Part shown: in pieces, positions 28,269 to 39,686 of the stretch
Numbering within the stretch: position 1 is the stretch's first letter
Layout of the letters: every line of letters starts with the position of its first letter
Virus record (IMG/VR): IMGVR_UViG_3300010163_000002
Coordinates: 128,001-192,000 of that record
Length of the DNA stretch: 64,000 nt
Source of the DNA: a virus
Taxonomy: Duplodnaviria > Caudoviricetes
Direction: 5' to 3' (one strand)
Position numbers and translations under genes: made by a program
Notes under the pieces: generated by a model
What the model was told of the DNA's origin: nothing
The model's input: only the letters and a program-made list of their open reading frames with translations
The model's database searches: none

Positions 28269-28892
28269 ATGATTACAGAGCAAAATAACCCCGTATTAGC
28301 AGATCCAGCTAGCGATTATATATTAACAATGGCAGTTACCCGGTCAGCATTATATGATACAGAAGTGTACTCTAGATTCATTTATTCATGCGAAAATACA
28401 TTTAGAAATTCATTGTTCTATAAAGGATACAAGAATTTTCTAATGAATATGGGATTTGATAGGGATCAGAATATGCCAGGAATTACATCAGATATGGCTA
28501 CTATTGAACTACATCATCATTTTCCAACGTTAAAACAGGCAGCTATTATGATTACTGAACATCTTCTTAATATTAAAGGTTGCGCCACAACATTTGAAGT
28601 TGTTCAGTTATTAGAGCAGGCTCATAGAAAAAATTGGTTTTCTGTAATATTTTTATCAACCACAAATCACCAGGCCCATCATGATAATCCATCTGATTTT
28701 ATTTCATTAAAACAATGTGTTGGAGATGGAATTAAATTTATAGATGCATATATAGATGGTATGACCCTTGATATTTGTTTTAATATGCTTCTACAATTTA
28801 AGCAAGAAGAGCAATACGGGGGTTCATTTAATCCTAAGATGGTTAAAGCAAGAGATCAGATTGTGGACTGGTCTATTAAGAATCCTTATTAA
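28269..28892 (+). CDS. late protein with HNH-like His motifs (paralog of 50409-51185)
   Basis: RNS..Y..Y, IELHHH..TL, H......I.LS.T.H...H. Confidence 0.6.
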   Translation: MITEQNNPVLADPASDYILTMAVTRSALYDTEVYSRFIYSCENTFRNSLFYKGYKNFLMNMGFDRDQNMPGITSDMATIELHHHFPTLKQAAIMITEHLLNIKGCATTFEVVQLLEQAHRKNWFSVIFLSTTNHQAHHDNPSDFISLKQCVGDGIKFIDAYIDGMTLDICFNMLLQFKQEEQYGGSFNPKMVKARDQIVDWSIKNPY

Positions 28893-28981
28893 TATATGGG
28901 AGAGGGTTAATTCCCTCTCCCTGAAAAGTTTGTTATTATTATTTATATAATATAATAGTAGATAAAAGGAAAATATATTAA

Positions 28982-29293
28982 TTGGGTAGTCGCTTGAGGC
29001 CCGTTATAAGCGAGAAAGAGGAACTTATGAAAGTAAGTAAAAAAGCAGAAGGAGTATTTTGGGTTTTTTGGAATTATGCTAATATGTCAATAGATGTATT
29101 GCGTAAATATAAAAAATATAAAGAAGCAGATAATCTATATCATGAAATGGATAAATGCAATGATGAGTATATCGTTGCAATTGGAGATTTATTTCTTCAC
29201 GACAATTCAGATAAAGCTAGACAATTTATTGTTAAATATGAAGAATATATTGATAAAATTAAAGTTTACCTTAAATCTAAAGGTAAACTATAA
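28982..29293 (+). CDS. hypothetical protein
   Basis: 103-aa ORF; start uncertain. Confidence 0.5.
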   Translation: MGSRLRPVISEKEELMKVSKKAEGVFWVFWNYANMSIDVLRKYKKYKEADNLYHEMDKCNDEYIVAIGDLFLHDNSDKARQFIVKYEEYIDKIKVYLKSKGKL

Positions 29294-29390
29294 GTATTAC
29301 ATAAAGCCGGTGCGACAATCGGCTTTATGTATCCTCAAATCTCTTATTTTTTTTATCTGATGACATGAAATTAAATATCTATAGAAAGGG

Positions 29391-32300
29391 GTGTTAAAAG
29401 CGATGATATATCCCGATAAAACCATGACCGATAATGCATTTCTTGATAATGTAATTTATTATGCTAAATTAATGGCATTAAATTGTACGGTAAAAGATCA
29501 AGAAGAAGCATTATCCTATGAAACTCCTGAAAGCCTTAAGGCTAGAGAATTACTTATAGCATCGGTTGAGGGAACTTCAATATATGAAATGTATCCGTCT
29601 ATACCAAAAGATATCATTGAGAAGTATATTACTCTTAGGAGTAATCTTGATATATATGCTGAAAGTAATGAAGCACTTAAAACTCATATGAATTCTTTTA
29701 GCTTATACAAGAGAACAGAGATTATGGATAAAATTTCTAAGGCTGCATGCAAAGTATATGTAGATCATTATGAAATTATGACAGAGTATCTTAATGAGAT
29801 TGAGGATACATGGTTTGCTGATAATAAGAATTTATATGATAAGTGTAAAAAACTTTCTGCAACATATGAAGATTTATATAATGCATTGCCAGAAAAAACA
29901 AAACATAGAATTCTTAAGACTTACATAAATAATTATGACGATACAGATCTTGAAGCATTAGCAAAAGATTTGGATTTATTTAAAGAGTATATTGCTAATC
30001 GTTCAGATTCAGCAATTGATGAAGAAATATTGAAAATAAATAATGCTATGCGCGACGTATTTGTTAGCCATTATGATATAATGGTAATGAGAGGATATGT
30101 CAAGAACGATAGCACTACATGGAGAAAATATATTGATGAGGTTAAAACTTATAAAAAGTGTTTAGCTGGAACAGCTTCATACTACGAACTATATGATTTA
30201 TTTCCAAAAGATGAATTGGAAATTGTTCTTAATGAGTGCCTTGGTAATACTGTAGTTGTTACATATAATCTATTAAATTCTGTCAATATGCTTGATGGAT
30301 ATATAAAGACAATATCGCAGACTCCCAAAGATGATGCAGAAAAACTTAATAAAGCTATGACCGCTAAATATATTGCCAACTACAGCATGTATATGAACTA
30401 TGAAATGTATATGCTGTGTATAGATGATTTGGTAGATTATTACAAATTATCCGAATATTTGCCATATGAAACAAGAAAAATGGTTATAAATACGCAGGTA
30501 AAAGAAATAACTAATATTCAAGTGTATGCGGAATCTAAGAATATGCTTAATTCATTTCTTGCTACACTGCCTAGAGATGAATGTAAAAGAATTAAGGATG
30601 CTATATTAAAAGATATGCAGGAATGGTATCCTAAACATCATATAGAAAAGAATAATTACTATAGAGCATTAATAGGTTTACCGCCTATGGAAAATGGAGT
30701 GGCATTTGAAGATACCCTATCTCATACATGGAATCAAGAAGAACGTTCATTTAGAGAATTTGGTAAGAGGTTTTTGAATATGCTTCCAGAAGATTTATAT
30801 CCTGGAGCTCATTGGAGGCAAAATCTATATGAGTTTGATTCATATGATATGGGTATACTTAATCAATATGGAGTAATAGATGCATGGATTGCTGCAGCAG
30901 GCGCTAATATAAACGATATTCGCTATAGATATTTAAAGTATCTTGGTGATAGTAAACTTGATATTTACATATGCAGCAAAGCAATGGAGTTCCAATTGAT
31001 TGGAGTTCCTACAATAGATGATACTTTGTTTAAACGTAAATTTATAGATAAATTTACTGTAAATAGAGACTATGTAATCAGAACAGTTTACTCCGATGCA
31101 CACAAGTTTCAGTCTGATTATTATAATAAATTTATTATTATTTTTATATTAATGAATACCATTATGGATCTTTGCACAGATATACCAGAATATATTATCA
31201 ACAGAGATGTATTTGATTCAAGATGTGTTAAATATTTATTTGAATCATTTGGAATTCCGTACTATTCTGAAATACCGTTTAAGTATCAGAAAGCAATGCT
31301 TAAAAATCTTAATACTTTGATTAAATACAAATCAAGTACTAGAAATATGATTGATATATGCTCTTTATTTGGTTTTTCTGATGTAAGAGTATTTGGATAT
31401 TATCTATTTAAACAAATGAATGTAGACCCACATACGGGAGAATATTTATTTGAGGATGCAAGTCAAATAGATTATAGTCTTGACGATCTTTATGTTAGAG
31501 ATGCTAATGGAGAGATTGTTGATTATACAGGCATTAGATATTCAAGATTATCAACTTATCGTCATTATGATGAAGATAAATATACTAAACAAATTACCAT
31601 ACAAAATGAAGATGGTACATCAACAACAAAGCGCATTATTAGAAATGATGCTAATGTGTATATAAAAGATCCAGTATCTAATGAATATATTTCATTAAAA
31701 GATGCTGATTATTTTAAAAAAATAAAAGCAGATGTTAAACCTGCAGACCTTAAGTTTATTAAAGTTCCGGTAGATGAACAATTAACAGAATATAAGAATG
31801 ATCCAGATTATCTAGTTAACTATGATGAGATGGTTTATCAAGATGAGGGTAATACATGGGATGCTGGAGAAGATCATTGGAAACTCAGGCAAGATATTCT
31901 TGACTATGAGTTTAATGCTGTCAAAAGCAAATATATTTCTGTAGAAACAGTAACAGAAATGACAGAATTATCATTCCAGGTTTCATACTTCTATAATCTA
32001 TTATTCGATAATATGTATTCTGAAGATAACCTAACAATAGAGATACCTAATATTAAGGTAGGCCATAAATTTAGATTTATGGATGTGGTTTGCTATTTAT
32101 TCTCATTGATGTATTTGTATAATGGTATTGAAGATAATATCATGTATTCTCCAACACAAATACTTTACGTTAAAGGATATAATTTTAATAGTGATTTTGA
32201 TGAGGTTCTTGAGGATGAGAACGCATTTCAGCAAAATCATCCAATAAGCAATGAGCCTTTACAGGATTATGAAAAATATAATATCTTTGATGTAAATAAA

Positions 32301-35201
32301 CAAATTGAAGAAAATAATTATGATTATAGAGAAGCGTTTAAAGATTTCAATATGAGAGCGTTTAATCTTGAATGTGATGTTGATGCTCTTGAGAAATGGC
32401 TAAATGTTAATCATCAAATGTCGTTAGATGATTTCATTGTAGATGATAGTTTGACTGATTATGATCAAGTAATTACACTAAAGAACTTCTTCTCATTACA
32501 TAATACATACTATCAGAAAAGCATATTTAACGGTACTAGTTTATATCCTATAGGATATAATCAGGATATTAAATATGCATTTAAATATCTTTTATATGAT
32601 AAAAATATCATTATGGATATAAATGATAATGAGCATACATATGTGGTTGAAGATGAATCATATATGGAAGTCATATCCACTACAGATAAAGAAATATATA
32701 TTATGGATTATGAATCATATATTATGATTGATCCTACATCATATGCTGTGTTCTACAAATGGATCAAGCAACCAGATGGTTCATTTATAAAAGAAAGTAA
32801 TATTGTGTATATTAAAAATCCATCTATATCAGATGAATATAAGCAATTATTTATTGGAGAAATTGGAATTATAAATCAATTTGGAAAGTATATATTTGCT
32901 GCAGATTCTTATTATACGTTAGATGAAAATGATAATTATATTGAAGTTACAGATCCAAAATACTTTAGAGTAGATCCAAATGATAATACTAAAAAAGTAT
33001 TAAATTTTGGCCAATATTTCGTATATAAAGAAGGTCAATGGATTCTTGATCCTAATAATTGTTACGTTAAGGTTGAGAAGAATGGGAAATTCTTTTATGT
33101 GTTAGCATCAGAAACTGATAAATATCAGAATATAATAATATCTGAAGATGATTGCTATGTTATGCATAGCGATGGTCATTTTATACCACTTGTGGATAGT
33201 GATTATTATACCGATCATGATGGTGACGGTAATTATGAATACAATGAAGAAGTGTGCTACATAATAACAGATAAGGTTACAGAATACTATGATCCTAGCG
33301 TTACACCTAGGGTATATTATCAAAAACTTACTGATTATTATAATGAGAATAACTATATTATCTATGAGGACCAGTACTACGTTAAAGACAGTGAGGGTAA
33401 CTATATACCGCAAACTGAATTGTTAGATCCTAATAATTGTTATTTTGATAAGGGCGGAGGAAGGTATTTCTTAGTAATTGATTATCTTGCTAGATATGTA
33501 GATTATAGAGATCCGTTAAATCTTACGCATATACTTATCTTACAGCCAAATAATGACTATCTAAAATATAAGCTTATTAATAATATCTACACACCAACAA
33601 CAGATAGCGTTAGAAGATATATTATTAATTCTGATAACGAATCTATTGTAGTGCTACTTGAAGGATATAGCTACAATGATACTAAGACATTTATCGTTGT
33701 ATTCAATAAATATCTTGATTCATATGATGATGGATTAGATCATCCAGATAAATATGATCCAGAATTAACAGACGGTATATGGGATGAAAATGATTGGTAC
33801 TATCGTGAAGGTTATGAAGGAGAACACGCATGGTACTATAAAGAGCCAGGAAGTAATCCTACTCCTGAAGTAGTAGAAAAAGATCCTGTTGGGTCTGGAT
33901 ATTATCTTGAATCTACATCTTATATTGGAGATGTAGAGCTTGAAGAAGGCAAAAAATATTATATAGCGTTTGATTTCGAAACTAATTTTACTGGAAGAAT
34001 TCAAATTGCTTGTGATGCAGATAATACAGTTGTAGATTCTCAGCAAAGAATATATGAAGTATCCAAAGGAGAAAGGATTCATATAGCTCAAACATTTGTA
34101 GCAAATACCAATAAAAAGCCTGCTCTTAAGTTTCTTATTTATGATTATCCGGTTAACCCAATTGAAATTGGAGATTTCTGTATAGTAAGTAATATGAGAT
34201 TTGTTAGAGCGCATAACGAGCATTTCATTGAACAAGATATTCCATCCTATGATAGGCTTCAGGAATTATACAGAGTTAATGAAATGATATATAAATATCT
34301 TACTAATCTTATGGTGAATTGTGATAATATTCACACATATGATATTTATAAAAAGATCTACGATTCATTCATGATTTCAAAATATAACAAAGAAGCATTT
34401 AAGATTGGTGAAAACAAATACGCTAAAACATATACTGATTTCTTGGAAACAAGAGATGCTGTATTGTATGAAAGATTATGCTATTTCAAATCACTAGATC
34501 CAGATGCTATGCACAAACAGATAGCTGATAACATCATTGAAGTTACATATGCTATAGATGATTGTATAGATACATATTCGTATGGTTATTTATATTCATA
34601 CTTTCCTGCGGTATCAGCATCATACATCCAGCAATATATTATTAAAATAATAAATTTCTTTAAATCATGGAAAGTGCATTTATTAGGAATCAATACGGTT
34701 TATAAGTTTGACGATCCATGGGAAAATACAGTAAAGATCCGCGAATGCCAACAGCTTGGCAATAGATACGATCATATCAAATCTAACGTTTTCATTTATG
34801 GAACTGTAAAAATTAACCCATTGGATTCTACAGACGCTTCTGGCAATAGATATGATGAACTATTTCCTGATATTGCTAATCCTATCCATAGATTTAGAGA
34901 AGAATATATCATTCGAAATAGGGTGAGACTAATGTCTACCACGGCAAATAAACTTGATCATATATATGATACAGATGAAGGATTAAATCTTATTCTTAAT
35001 GATGAAACTGTTAAGGTTAAAATTGATGATAACACAGCTACCATCACAAGTTCTAAAGCAGGATTTACTGTTGAGAATGAGAACCAGTTGTTTATGGAAT
35101 CTGATGAATCTGAGCATGATGTATTTAGCATTCAGACTATAGATGAAATTAATAAAGATTCTACCGATATAATTGAATGGAGGGATTTAGAAAATGAATA
35201 A
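29391..35201 (+). CDS. very large virion protein, probable baseplate wedge subunit
   Basis: 1936 aa; FESFGIPYY...KNLN.LIKYKSST..M.DI..LFG resembles the P2 gpI/T4 gp7-type wedge motif; late promoter at 29362. Confidence 0.6.
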   Translation: MLKAMIYPDKTMTDNAFLDNVIYYAKLMALNCTVKDQEEALSYETPESLKARELLIASVEGTSIYEMYPSIPKDIIEKYITLRSNLDIYAESNEALKTHMNSFSLYKRTEIMDKISKAACKVYVDHYEIMTEYLNEIEDTWFADNKNLYDKCKKLSATYEDLYNALPEKTKHRILKTYINNYDDTDLEALAKDLDLFKEYIANRSDSAIDEEILKINNAMRDVFVSHYDIMVMRGYVKNDSTTWRKYIDEVKTYKKCLAGTASYYELYDLFPKDELEIVLNECLGNTVVVTYNLLNSVNMLDGYIKTISQTPKDDAEKLNKAMTAKYIANYSMYMNYEMYMLCIDDLVDYYKLSEYLPYETRKMVINTQVKEITNIQVYAESKNMLNSFLATLPRDECKRIKDAILKDMQEWYPKHHIEKNNYYRALIGLPPMENGVAFEDTLSHTWNQEERSFREFGKRFLNMLPEDLYPGAHWRQNLYEFDSYDMGILNQYGVIDAWIAAAGANINDIRYRYLKYLGDSKLDIYICSKAMEFQLIGVPTIDDTLFKRKFIDKFTVNRDYVIRTVYSDAHKFQSDYYNKFIIIFILMNTIMDLCTDIPEYIINRDVFDSRCVKYLFESFGIPYYSEIPFKYQKAMLKNLNTLIKYKSSTRNMIDICSLFGFSDVRVFGYYLFKQMNVDPHTGEYLFEDASQIDYSLDDLYVRDANGEIVDYTGIRYSRLSTYRHYDEDKYTKQITIQNEDGTSTTKRIIRNDANVYIKDPVSNEYISLKDADYFKKIKADVKPADLKFIKVPVDEQLTEYKNDPDYLVNYDEMVYQDEGNTWDAGEDHWKLRQDILDYEFNAVKSKYISVETVTEMTELSFQVSYFYNLLFDNMYSEDNLTIEIPNIKVGHKFRFMDVVCYLFSLMYLYNGIEDNIMYSPTQILYVKGYNFNSDFDEVLEDENAFQQNHPISNEPLQDYEKYNIFDVNKQIEENNYDYREAFKDFNMRAFNLECDVDALEKWLNVNHQMSLDDFIVDDSLTDYDQVITLKNFFSLHNTYYQKSIFNGTSLYPIGYNQDIKYAFKYLLYDKNIIMDINDNEHTYVVEDESYMEVISTTDKEIYIMDYESYIMIDPTSYAVFYKWIKQPDGSFIKESNIVYIKNPSISDEYKQLFIGEIGIINQFGKYIFAADSYYTLDENDNYIEVTDPKYFRVDPNDNTKKVLNFGQYFVYKEGQWILDPNNCYVKVEKNGKFFYVLASETDKYQNIIISEDDCYVMHSDGHFIPLVDSDYYTDHDGDGNYEYNEEVCYIITDKVTEYYDPSVTPRVYYQKLTDYYNENNYIIYEDQYYVKDSEGNYIPQTELLDPNNCYFDKGGGRYFLVIDYLARYVDYRDPLNLTHILILQPNNDYLKYKLINNIYTPTTDSVRRYIINSDNESIVVLLEGYSYNDTKTFIVVFNKYLDSYDDGLDHPDKYDPELTDGIWDENDWYYREGYEGEHAWYYKEPGSNPTPEVVEKDPVGSGYYLESTSYIGDVELEEGKKYYIAFDFETNFTGRIQIACDADNTVVDSQQRIYEVSKGERIHIAQTFVANTNKKPALKFLIYDYPVNPIEIGDFCIVSNMRFVRAHNEHFIEQDIPSYDRLQELYRVNEMIYKYLTNLMVNCDNIHTYDIYKKIYDSFMISKYNKEAFKIGENKYAKTYTDFLETRDAVLYERLCYFKSLDPDAMHKQIADNIIEVTYAIDDCIDTYSYGYLYSYFPAVSASYIQQYIIKIINFFKSWKVHLLGINTVYKFDDPWENTVKIRECQQLGNRYDHIKSNVFIYGTVKINPLDSTDASGNRYDELFPDIANPIHRFREEYIIRNRVRLMSTTANKLDHIYDTDEGLNLILNDETVKVKIDDNTATITSSKAGFTVENENQLFMESDESEHDVFSIQTIDEINKDSTDIIEWRDLENE

Positions 35202-36153
35202 ATTATTATATATGCGAGATGCTGTACGTAATACGGAGGAATATGAAATTAATAAAGATCAGTGGTCAATAGAGAATGGCGCCAGAGTAAATTCAAAAAT
35301 TATTATCAAAAACGAATTTACCGGAGAAGTGATCTGGGAAGGTCATAATAAGACTGTAATTGCAGGATCTGCGTTGGTTGCAATGAAGCTGTTTAATCTT
35401 GACAGGAATTGTCTTGATGCTACACCGACATATGATACTGCATTGAATCTTGAAAATGGGGCTAATGGTTCCACATATCCAACTGTTGTTATTACAGACA
35501 GCAATGGTAATGTGGTTGGTAGCATGCATGATGAAACACAAAGAACTATTATTGGATTTTGTGTTGGGCAGGGTGGCGCAGGATTGGATATCTCAGATGT
35601 ATTTGATGTGGAGTACTGTAGTTGGATTACTCCTGATAATCTTGTACCATTAAGATATCCTTTGCAGAATGCTGATGATGTAGACGAGACAATGTATAAA
35701 GGCCGCAAAGGCCTTACATTGGCAGATGGGACAAAGCGCAACGCATATTACTTCAAGGCATTCTCCAATACTCCAAATTTAGTACAGAATTATCTTAGTA
35801 CTATTGGTACTTTTTCTGATTCTGTATCTGCAGCCAATGTATATAATAAGAATACAAGTGCGGATAAGGCGCAGTCATATGTGGAATTACATTTAAAAAT
35901 CACTCCTAATGATTGTAGAGAATTCTTTATTGCTCATAAAGGAATTGAGAACGCTAAAATTAATCAAATTTCCCTTGTTTCAGCATGGACAAAAACTGTT
36001 GAAGTTACAAAGCTTGATATGGCTGGTAATATGAAAACTGGTTCTTATGAATATTTCCAGGATATTAGACCATTCAGTATTGTTAATATTCCTAACGAAA
36101 TCTTATCTAATTTGGAGAAGAGTATTAGTATTGTATATACTTTATACTTCTGA
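35194..36153 (+). CDS. probable baseplate/tail-collar protein
   Basis: HNKTVIAG, FCVGQGG, IN.I.L; overlaps the wedge-like gene. Confidence 0.55.
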   Translation: MNKLLYMRDAVRNTEEYEINKDQWSIENGARVNSKIIIKNEFTGEVIWEGHNKTVIAGSALVAMKLFNLDRNCLDATPTYDTALNLENGANGSTYPTVVITDSNGNVVGSMHDETQRTIIGFCVGQGGAGLDISDVFDVEYCSWITPDNLVPLRYPLQNADDVDETMYKGRKGLTLADGTKRNAYYFKAFSNTPNLVQNYLSTIGTFSDSVSAANVYNKNTSADKAQSYVELHLKITPNDCREFFIAHKGIENAKINQISLVSAWTKTVEVTKLDMAGNMKTGSYEYFQDIRPFSIVNIPNEILSNLEKSISIVYTLYF

Positions 36154-36341
36154 TCTTATATAATACATAAGATAAAGATTAATTATAAACCAAATAAACA
36201 ATTAAAATATTGCTTTAGTGCAAGTATAGTGGTAATAATATAAACTGATTAATATAGAATGATACTGGGATTATTTCCCAGTATCGTTTTATTTATAAAA
36301 ATACAATATTATAAAATCAAATATAAAGGGAGGTAAACGCC

Positions 36342-37151
36342 ATGCTTAAATTAGCTCATGATTATACTAATATATTACGTAAAATGTCGAATATTTGTTT
36401 TTGCGATAAATTTAAATGGTTAAATTACACGTGGTGTTTTTGTAATGCCTGCGAAGATGAAGGTCTTAAACTTTTGAAATATCACGAATTTGTTTCTATT
36501 GATAATAATGGCAGTGGAGAAGTTGTTGGTTATATACGTTATTACTTAATGCCAGATTCAGGATATTGTGCAGGATTTACAGCTATAAATTTTACATCAT
36601 GTGATGATAATGAAATATTTTTACATGATGTAAGAACAGCATTTAATAATATTTTTCATGTGTTTGGCTATGACGGTGTGACATTCACTGTGGTAGTCGG
36701 TGATCCGATGGAAAAAGAGTATGATCGTTTAGTTAAAGAAATGGGCGGTAGTATTTTTGGTGTGTTTGAAAAATATCAGCAACTATCGGATAGAAAATTA
36801 TACGACGTGAAAGTATATAAAATATATAACAATAAAGAAGTTCAGAATAGTGGACCAATTAAGATTGAAATGCAAATAACTGAAGAAGGTTTAAAGTATG
36901 AATTACCAGAAGATGCTAAAGACATATCTAAAACTAATCAGAATAATCCACCAAAGCAACGTGGTAGAAAAAATATTGATACCGGAAAGATTATAGCGCT
37001 GCATAATGCGGGATGGAGTAATGTTAAAATTGCTGATGAAATGGGACTGAGCCCTATTACTATAGGAAAATATGTTAAAACATTATGCGGCGGCGTAAGA
37101 AAACCGAAGAATAATGCACCGACCGGGTATTATAGTGATGGAAGATATTAA
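36342..37151 (+). CDS. GNAT (RimJ-like) acetyltransferase domain fused to a C-terminal HTH
   Basis: VGYI.Y...F.VVVG.P....Y......GG...G......DGK-like YD...Y.I; IDTGKIIALHNAGWS..KIADEMG. Confidence 0.6.
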   Translation: MLKLAHDYTNILRKMSNICFCDKFKWLNYTWCFCNACEDEGLKLLKYHEFVSIDNNGSGEVVGYIRYYLMPDSGYCAGFTAINFTSCDDNEIFLHDVRTAFNNIFHVFGYDGVTFTVVVGDPMEKEYDRLVKEMGGSIFGVFEKYQQLSDRKLYDVKVYKIYNNKEVQNSGPIKIEMQITEEGLKYELPEDAKDISKTNQNNPPKQRGRKNIDTGKIIALHNAGWSNVKIADEMGLSPITIGKYVKTLCGGVRKPKNNAPTGYYSDGRY

Positions 37152-37188
37152 AAAATAACCCCTAGGGAGTTATCCCTAGGGGTATATT

Positions 37189-37635
37189 CTATGCCGAATA
37201 ATAAGCTTTAAATGTATCGTTATCAATTAGTGGAACATCAAATTTTGTTACATAGCAACCATCTTTTTTTGTAAAGCATGGCGTTACATCCTGCCCAGTC
37301 TTTTCTTGTACAATTCTATACAAATTACATCCAGATGGAATTTTAATCGATACTTCTTTTGTCCCTATAGGACAATACTTATAAGCAGTTTTTAGTTTAT
37401 CAAGATGCAAAATATCAGACACATCCATAGTTCTGATCATTTGCATTAATACGCCATCTTTCAATTTAGTGTTTGCAGGAATTATAACTTGTTTATCACC
37501 TGCATTTGCAGAATCATCGTAATCCTGATTAATAAAGTCAATACCTATAGATAGTCTTGATACAAAATCAAATACAGTTTCACGTTCTGTAATCAGATCT
37601 AGTATATGATTGAAAGGTTCCATATTACTTGGCAT
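37189..37635 (-). CDS. hypothetical late protein
   Basis: 148-aa ORF downstream of 37650-39086. Confidence 0.6.
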   Translation of the reverse strand: MPSNMEPFNHILDLITERETVFDFVSRLSIGIDFINQDYDDSANAGDKQVIIPANTKLKDGVLMQMIRTMDVSDILHLDKLKTAYKYCPIGTKEVSIKIPSGCNLYRIVQEKTGQDVTPCFTKKDGCYVTKFDVPLIDNDTFKAYYSA

Positions 37636-37649
37636 ATATTCACCCCCTG

Positions 37650-39086
37650 CTAAATACCAAGAGATTCAAATATTATACGTTCTCCATCTTCTGTACGAAC
37701 GTATAATGTAATTGTCTCTGATATATAATTAATAGAATAATCAAGGTCTTGGAATAATCTTACGCCATTACGATATACATGTATAAGATCTCCATTTGTA
37801 TATGATAATCCTTTATAAGAAATATTATATTCTTGATCTACACAATCATGAATCAATCTTGAAGTCCTAATTTCCTGAGTATAACCATCTAATAAAATGG
37901 CTTTATCGCCTTCGATTTTTATTGTTATTACTTGATTCTTTTTGTATCTTCTCTGAGGTAATTTTCCATCCACCATAAGCACTTGGTATTCTGGAGCAGA
38001 TCCAGATATATTTTCAATAGAAAGTTTAGCTGTAGCTAATTTATCGCTTGCTAAAGTAATAATAAGAGTATCTCCTATTGTTATATTAGTATTTGGTATG
38101 ACTTTAATACTTTTTTCATTGTCTTTTTCCACATCGGCGCAATGAAATACATGATTATCTGTAGTACTGTTAATGGCATTTGTTAATGTTACAAATAGAT
38201 CATGAAGCGCTTTAGATGTAGCAAGGCTTGTATCATCGTTATAGGCATAAGAATTAGAAACCTTCTCAAGTTTACATGTTGGTACTGAACCATCTGCCAA
38301 TGTGTTACCAGACATAAATTTTACTTTACTATCCTTACTATAAGCAGAGTTATATAACCACAATATATCAATGCGTCTGCCCTTTTCAATAGATTCATTA
38401 AGAAATGTTATTGTACCAGATTTATAATGCTTTTCTCTATCATAGTGCTTTTCTACTTTATAACGACTCTTATCAATGAATGTAGTACCAATGCGTACTT
38501 CCATAAAATCCGGATAGTCTTCAAATGGATAATCAAATTCATACGATGTCTGATTCTGCTGAGTCGTATACAAATAAGACATGGAAAATCCTAACCTCGT
38601 CATATCATCAAGACGTTCCTGGATGGTTCTGCCGTCTTTATCGTATACATTATCTGCAAGAGTTACTGGAAGTAGAATTGTACCATCGGTTGTTCTTAAT
38701 AATACAGATTTAGCTGCAGGGCTAAATACTTTTTCCATATCCTCTTCAGGAACAAATCCTGATGAATCTTCAGGATAAGCAAATCTTTTGAAAATAAAAT
38801 TGATAATATCTTCGAGAGATTTTGGGTCTTCCTCCCCTTCAATATTAATTACGAATTTATTGGCATTGATATCTGCATTAGGCAGCATATCTTTTATGAT
38901 CATTGCAGTTAGGTCTATATATTTAGTATCATCAGAATGATGAACTATATACATATGATAACTTCTACCCTCGCCGTAATCAATCATAAATTCATTACAC
39001 TGAGCTTGCTGCTTATTTTTATATGGTAACGGTTTTATTGGTATTCTACCATGTTCAAACTGATCATCTAATGATGGCATACACAT
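37650..39086 (-). CDS. virion structural protein (baseplate/tail-fibre attachment-like)
   Basis: VYRNGVRL...DY repeats, LATSKA..DL fibre motif; late promoter at 39108-39119. Confidence 0.6.
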   Translation of the reverse strand: MCMPSLDDQFEHGRIPIKPLPYKNKQQAQCNEFMIDYGEGRSYHMYIVHHSDDTKYIDLTAMIIKDMLPNADINANKFVINIEGEEDPKSLEDIINFIFKRFAYPEDSSGFVPEEDMEKVFSPAAKSVLLRTTDGTILLPVTLADNVYDKDGRTIQERLDDMTRLGFSMSYLYTTQQNQTSYEFDYPFEDYPDFMEVRIGTTFIDKSRYKVEKHYDREKHYKSGTITFLNESIEKGRRIDILWLYNSAYSKDSKVKFMSGNTLADGSVPTCKLEKVSNSYAYNDDTSLATSKALHDLFVTLTNAINSTTDNHVFHCADVEKDNEKSIKVIPNTNITIGDTLIITLASDKLATAKLSIENISGSAPEYQVLMVDGKLPQRRYKKNQVITIKIEGDKAILLDGYTQEIRTSRLIHDCVDQEYNISYKGLSYTNGDLIHVYRNGVRLFQDLDYSINYISETITLYVRTEDGERIIFESLGI

Positions 39087-39174
39087 ATCCTCCTTTTACG
39101 TTGATATTATCAAAATGTTGGGCCATAACACTTTTTGACATATTTGTAAACACTGAATGGGGAGGTGAGCGGTT

Positions 39175-39630
39175 ATGTTTTTTAAACGTTTTAGAAAAAA
39201 TAGAGCCAATAAATATAATAAAGAATTAGACGAACTTAATAAAAAACAAGAAGAATTTGATTTGAAAATCAAAAAAGAAAAACAGAAAAGTTCGTTTAAA
39301 TCCATAATAAATAAACTAAAATTTGAAAATTATGTTAAAACTCTTGTAGCTGTAGTAATATTCGTAAGTTTAGTAGATCTGCAATTATCTTATATATTAG
39401 CATTTCTTGGTAGAGAAAATATTGCTGAGAAGCTATCTATTCAAATATGCACCACAATTCTTGGAACTGTACTTATATATATTATAAGATCTTATTTTGA
39501 TGATAAGAATAACCCAACTAAAATAGATACCGATGGAATAAAAGATAAAGCTAAAGAAATATTAGAAGATACTGGGTTATCCGATTTTATTAATAAAGAA
39601 CGAGAGCCGGAAAATCCAGATGATGTATAA
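39175..39630 (+). CDS. two-TM membrane protein, holin-like
   Basis: Two hydrophobic segments, SYILAFLG...IAE.LS; late promoter at 39137. Confidence 0.5.
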   Translation: MFFKRFRKNRANKYNKELDELNKKQEEFDLKIKKEKQKSSFKSIINKLKFENYVKTLVAVVIFVSLVDLQLSYILAFLGRENIAEKLSIQICTTILGTVLIYIIRSYFDDKNNPTKIDTDGIKDKAKEILEDTGLSDFINKEREPENPDDV

Positions 39631-39686
39631 ATAAATACACCTAACAGTTAGGTAAATAAATCAACCCAAAGGAGGATAATAAAATT

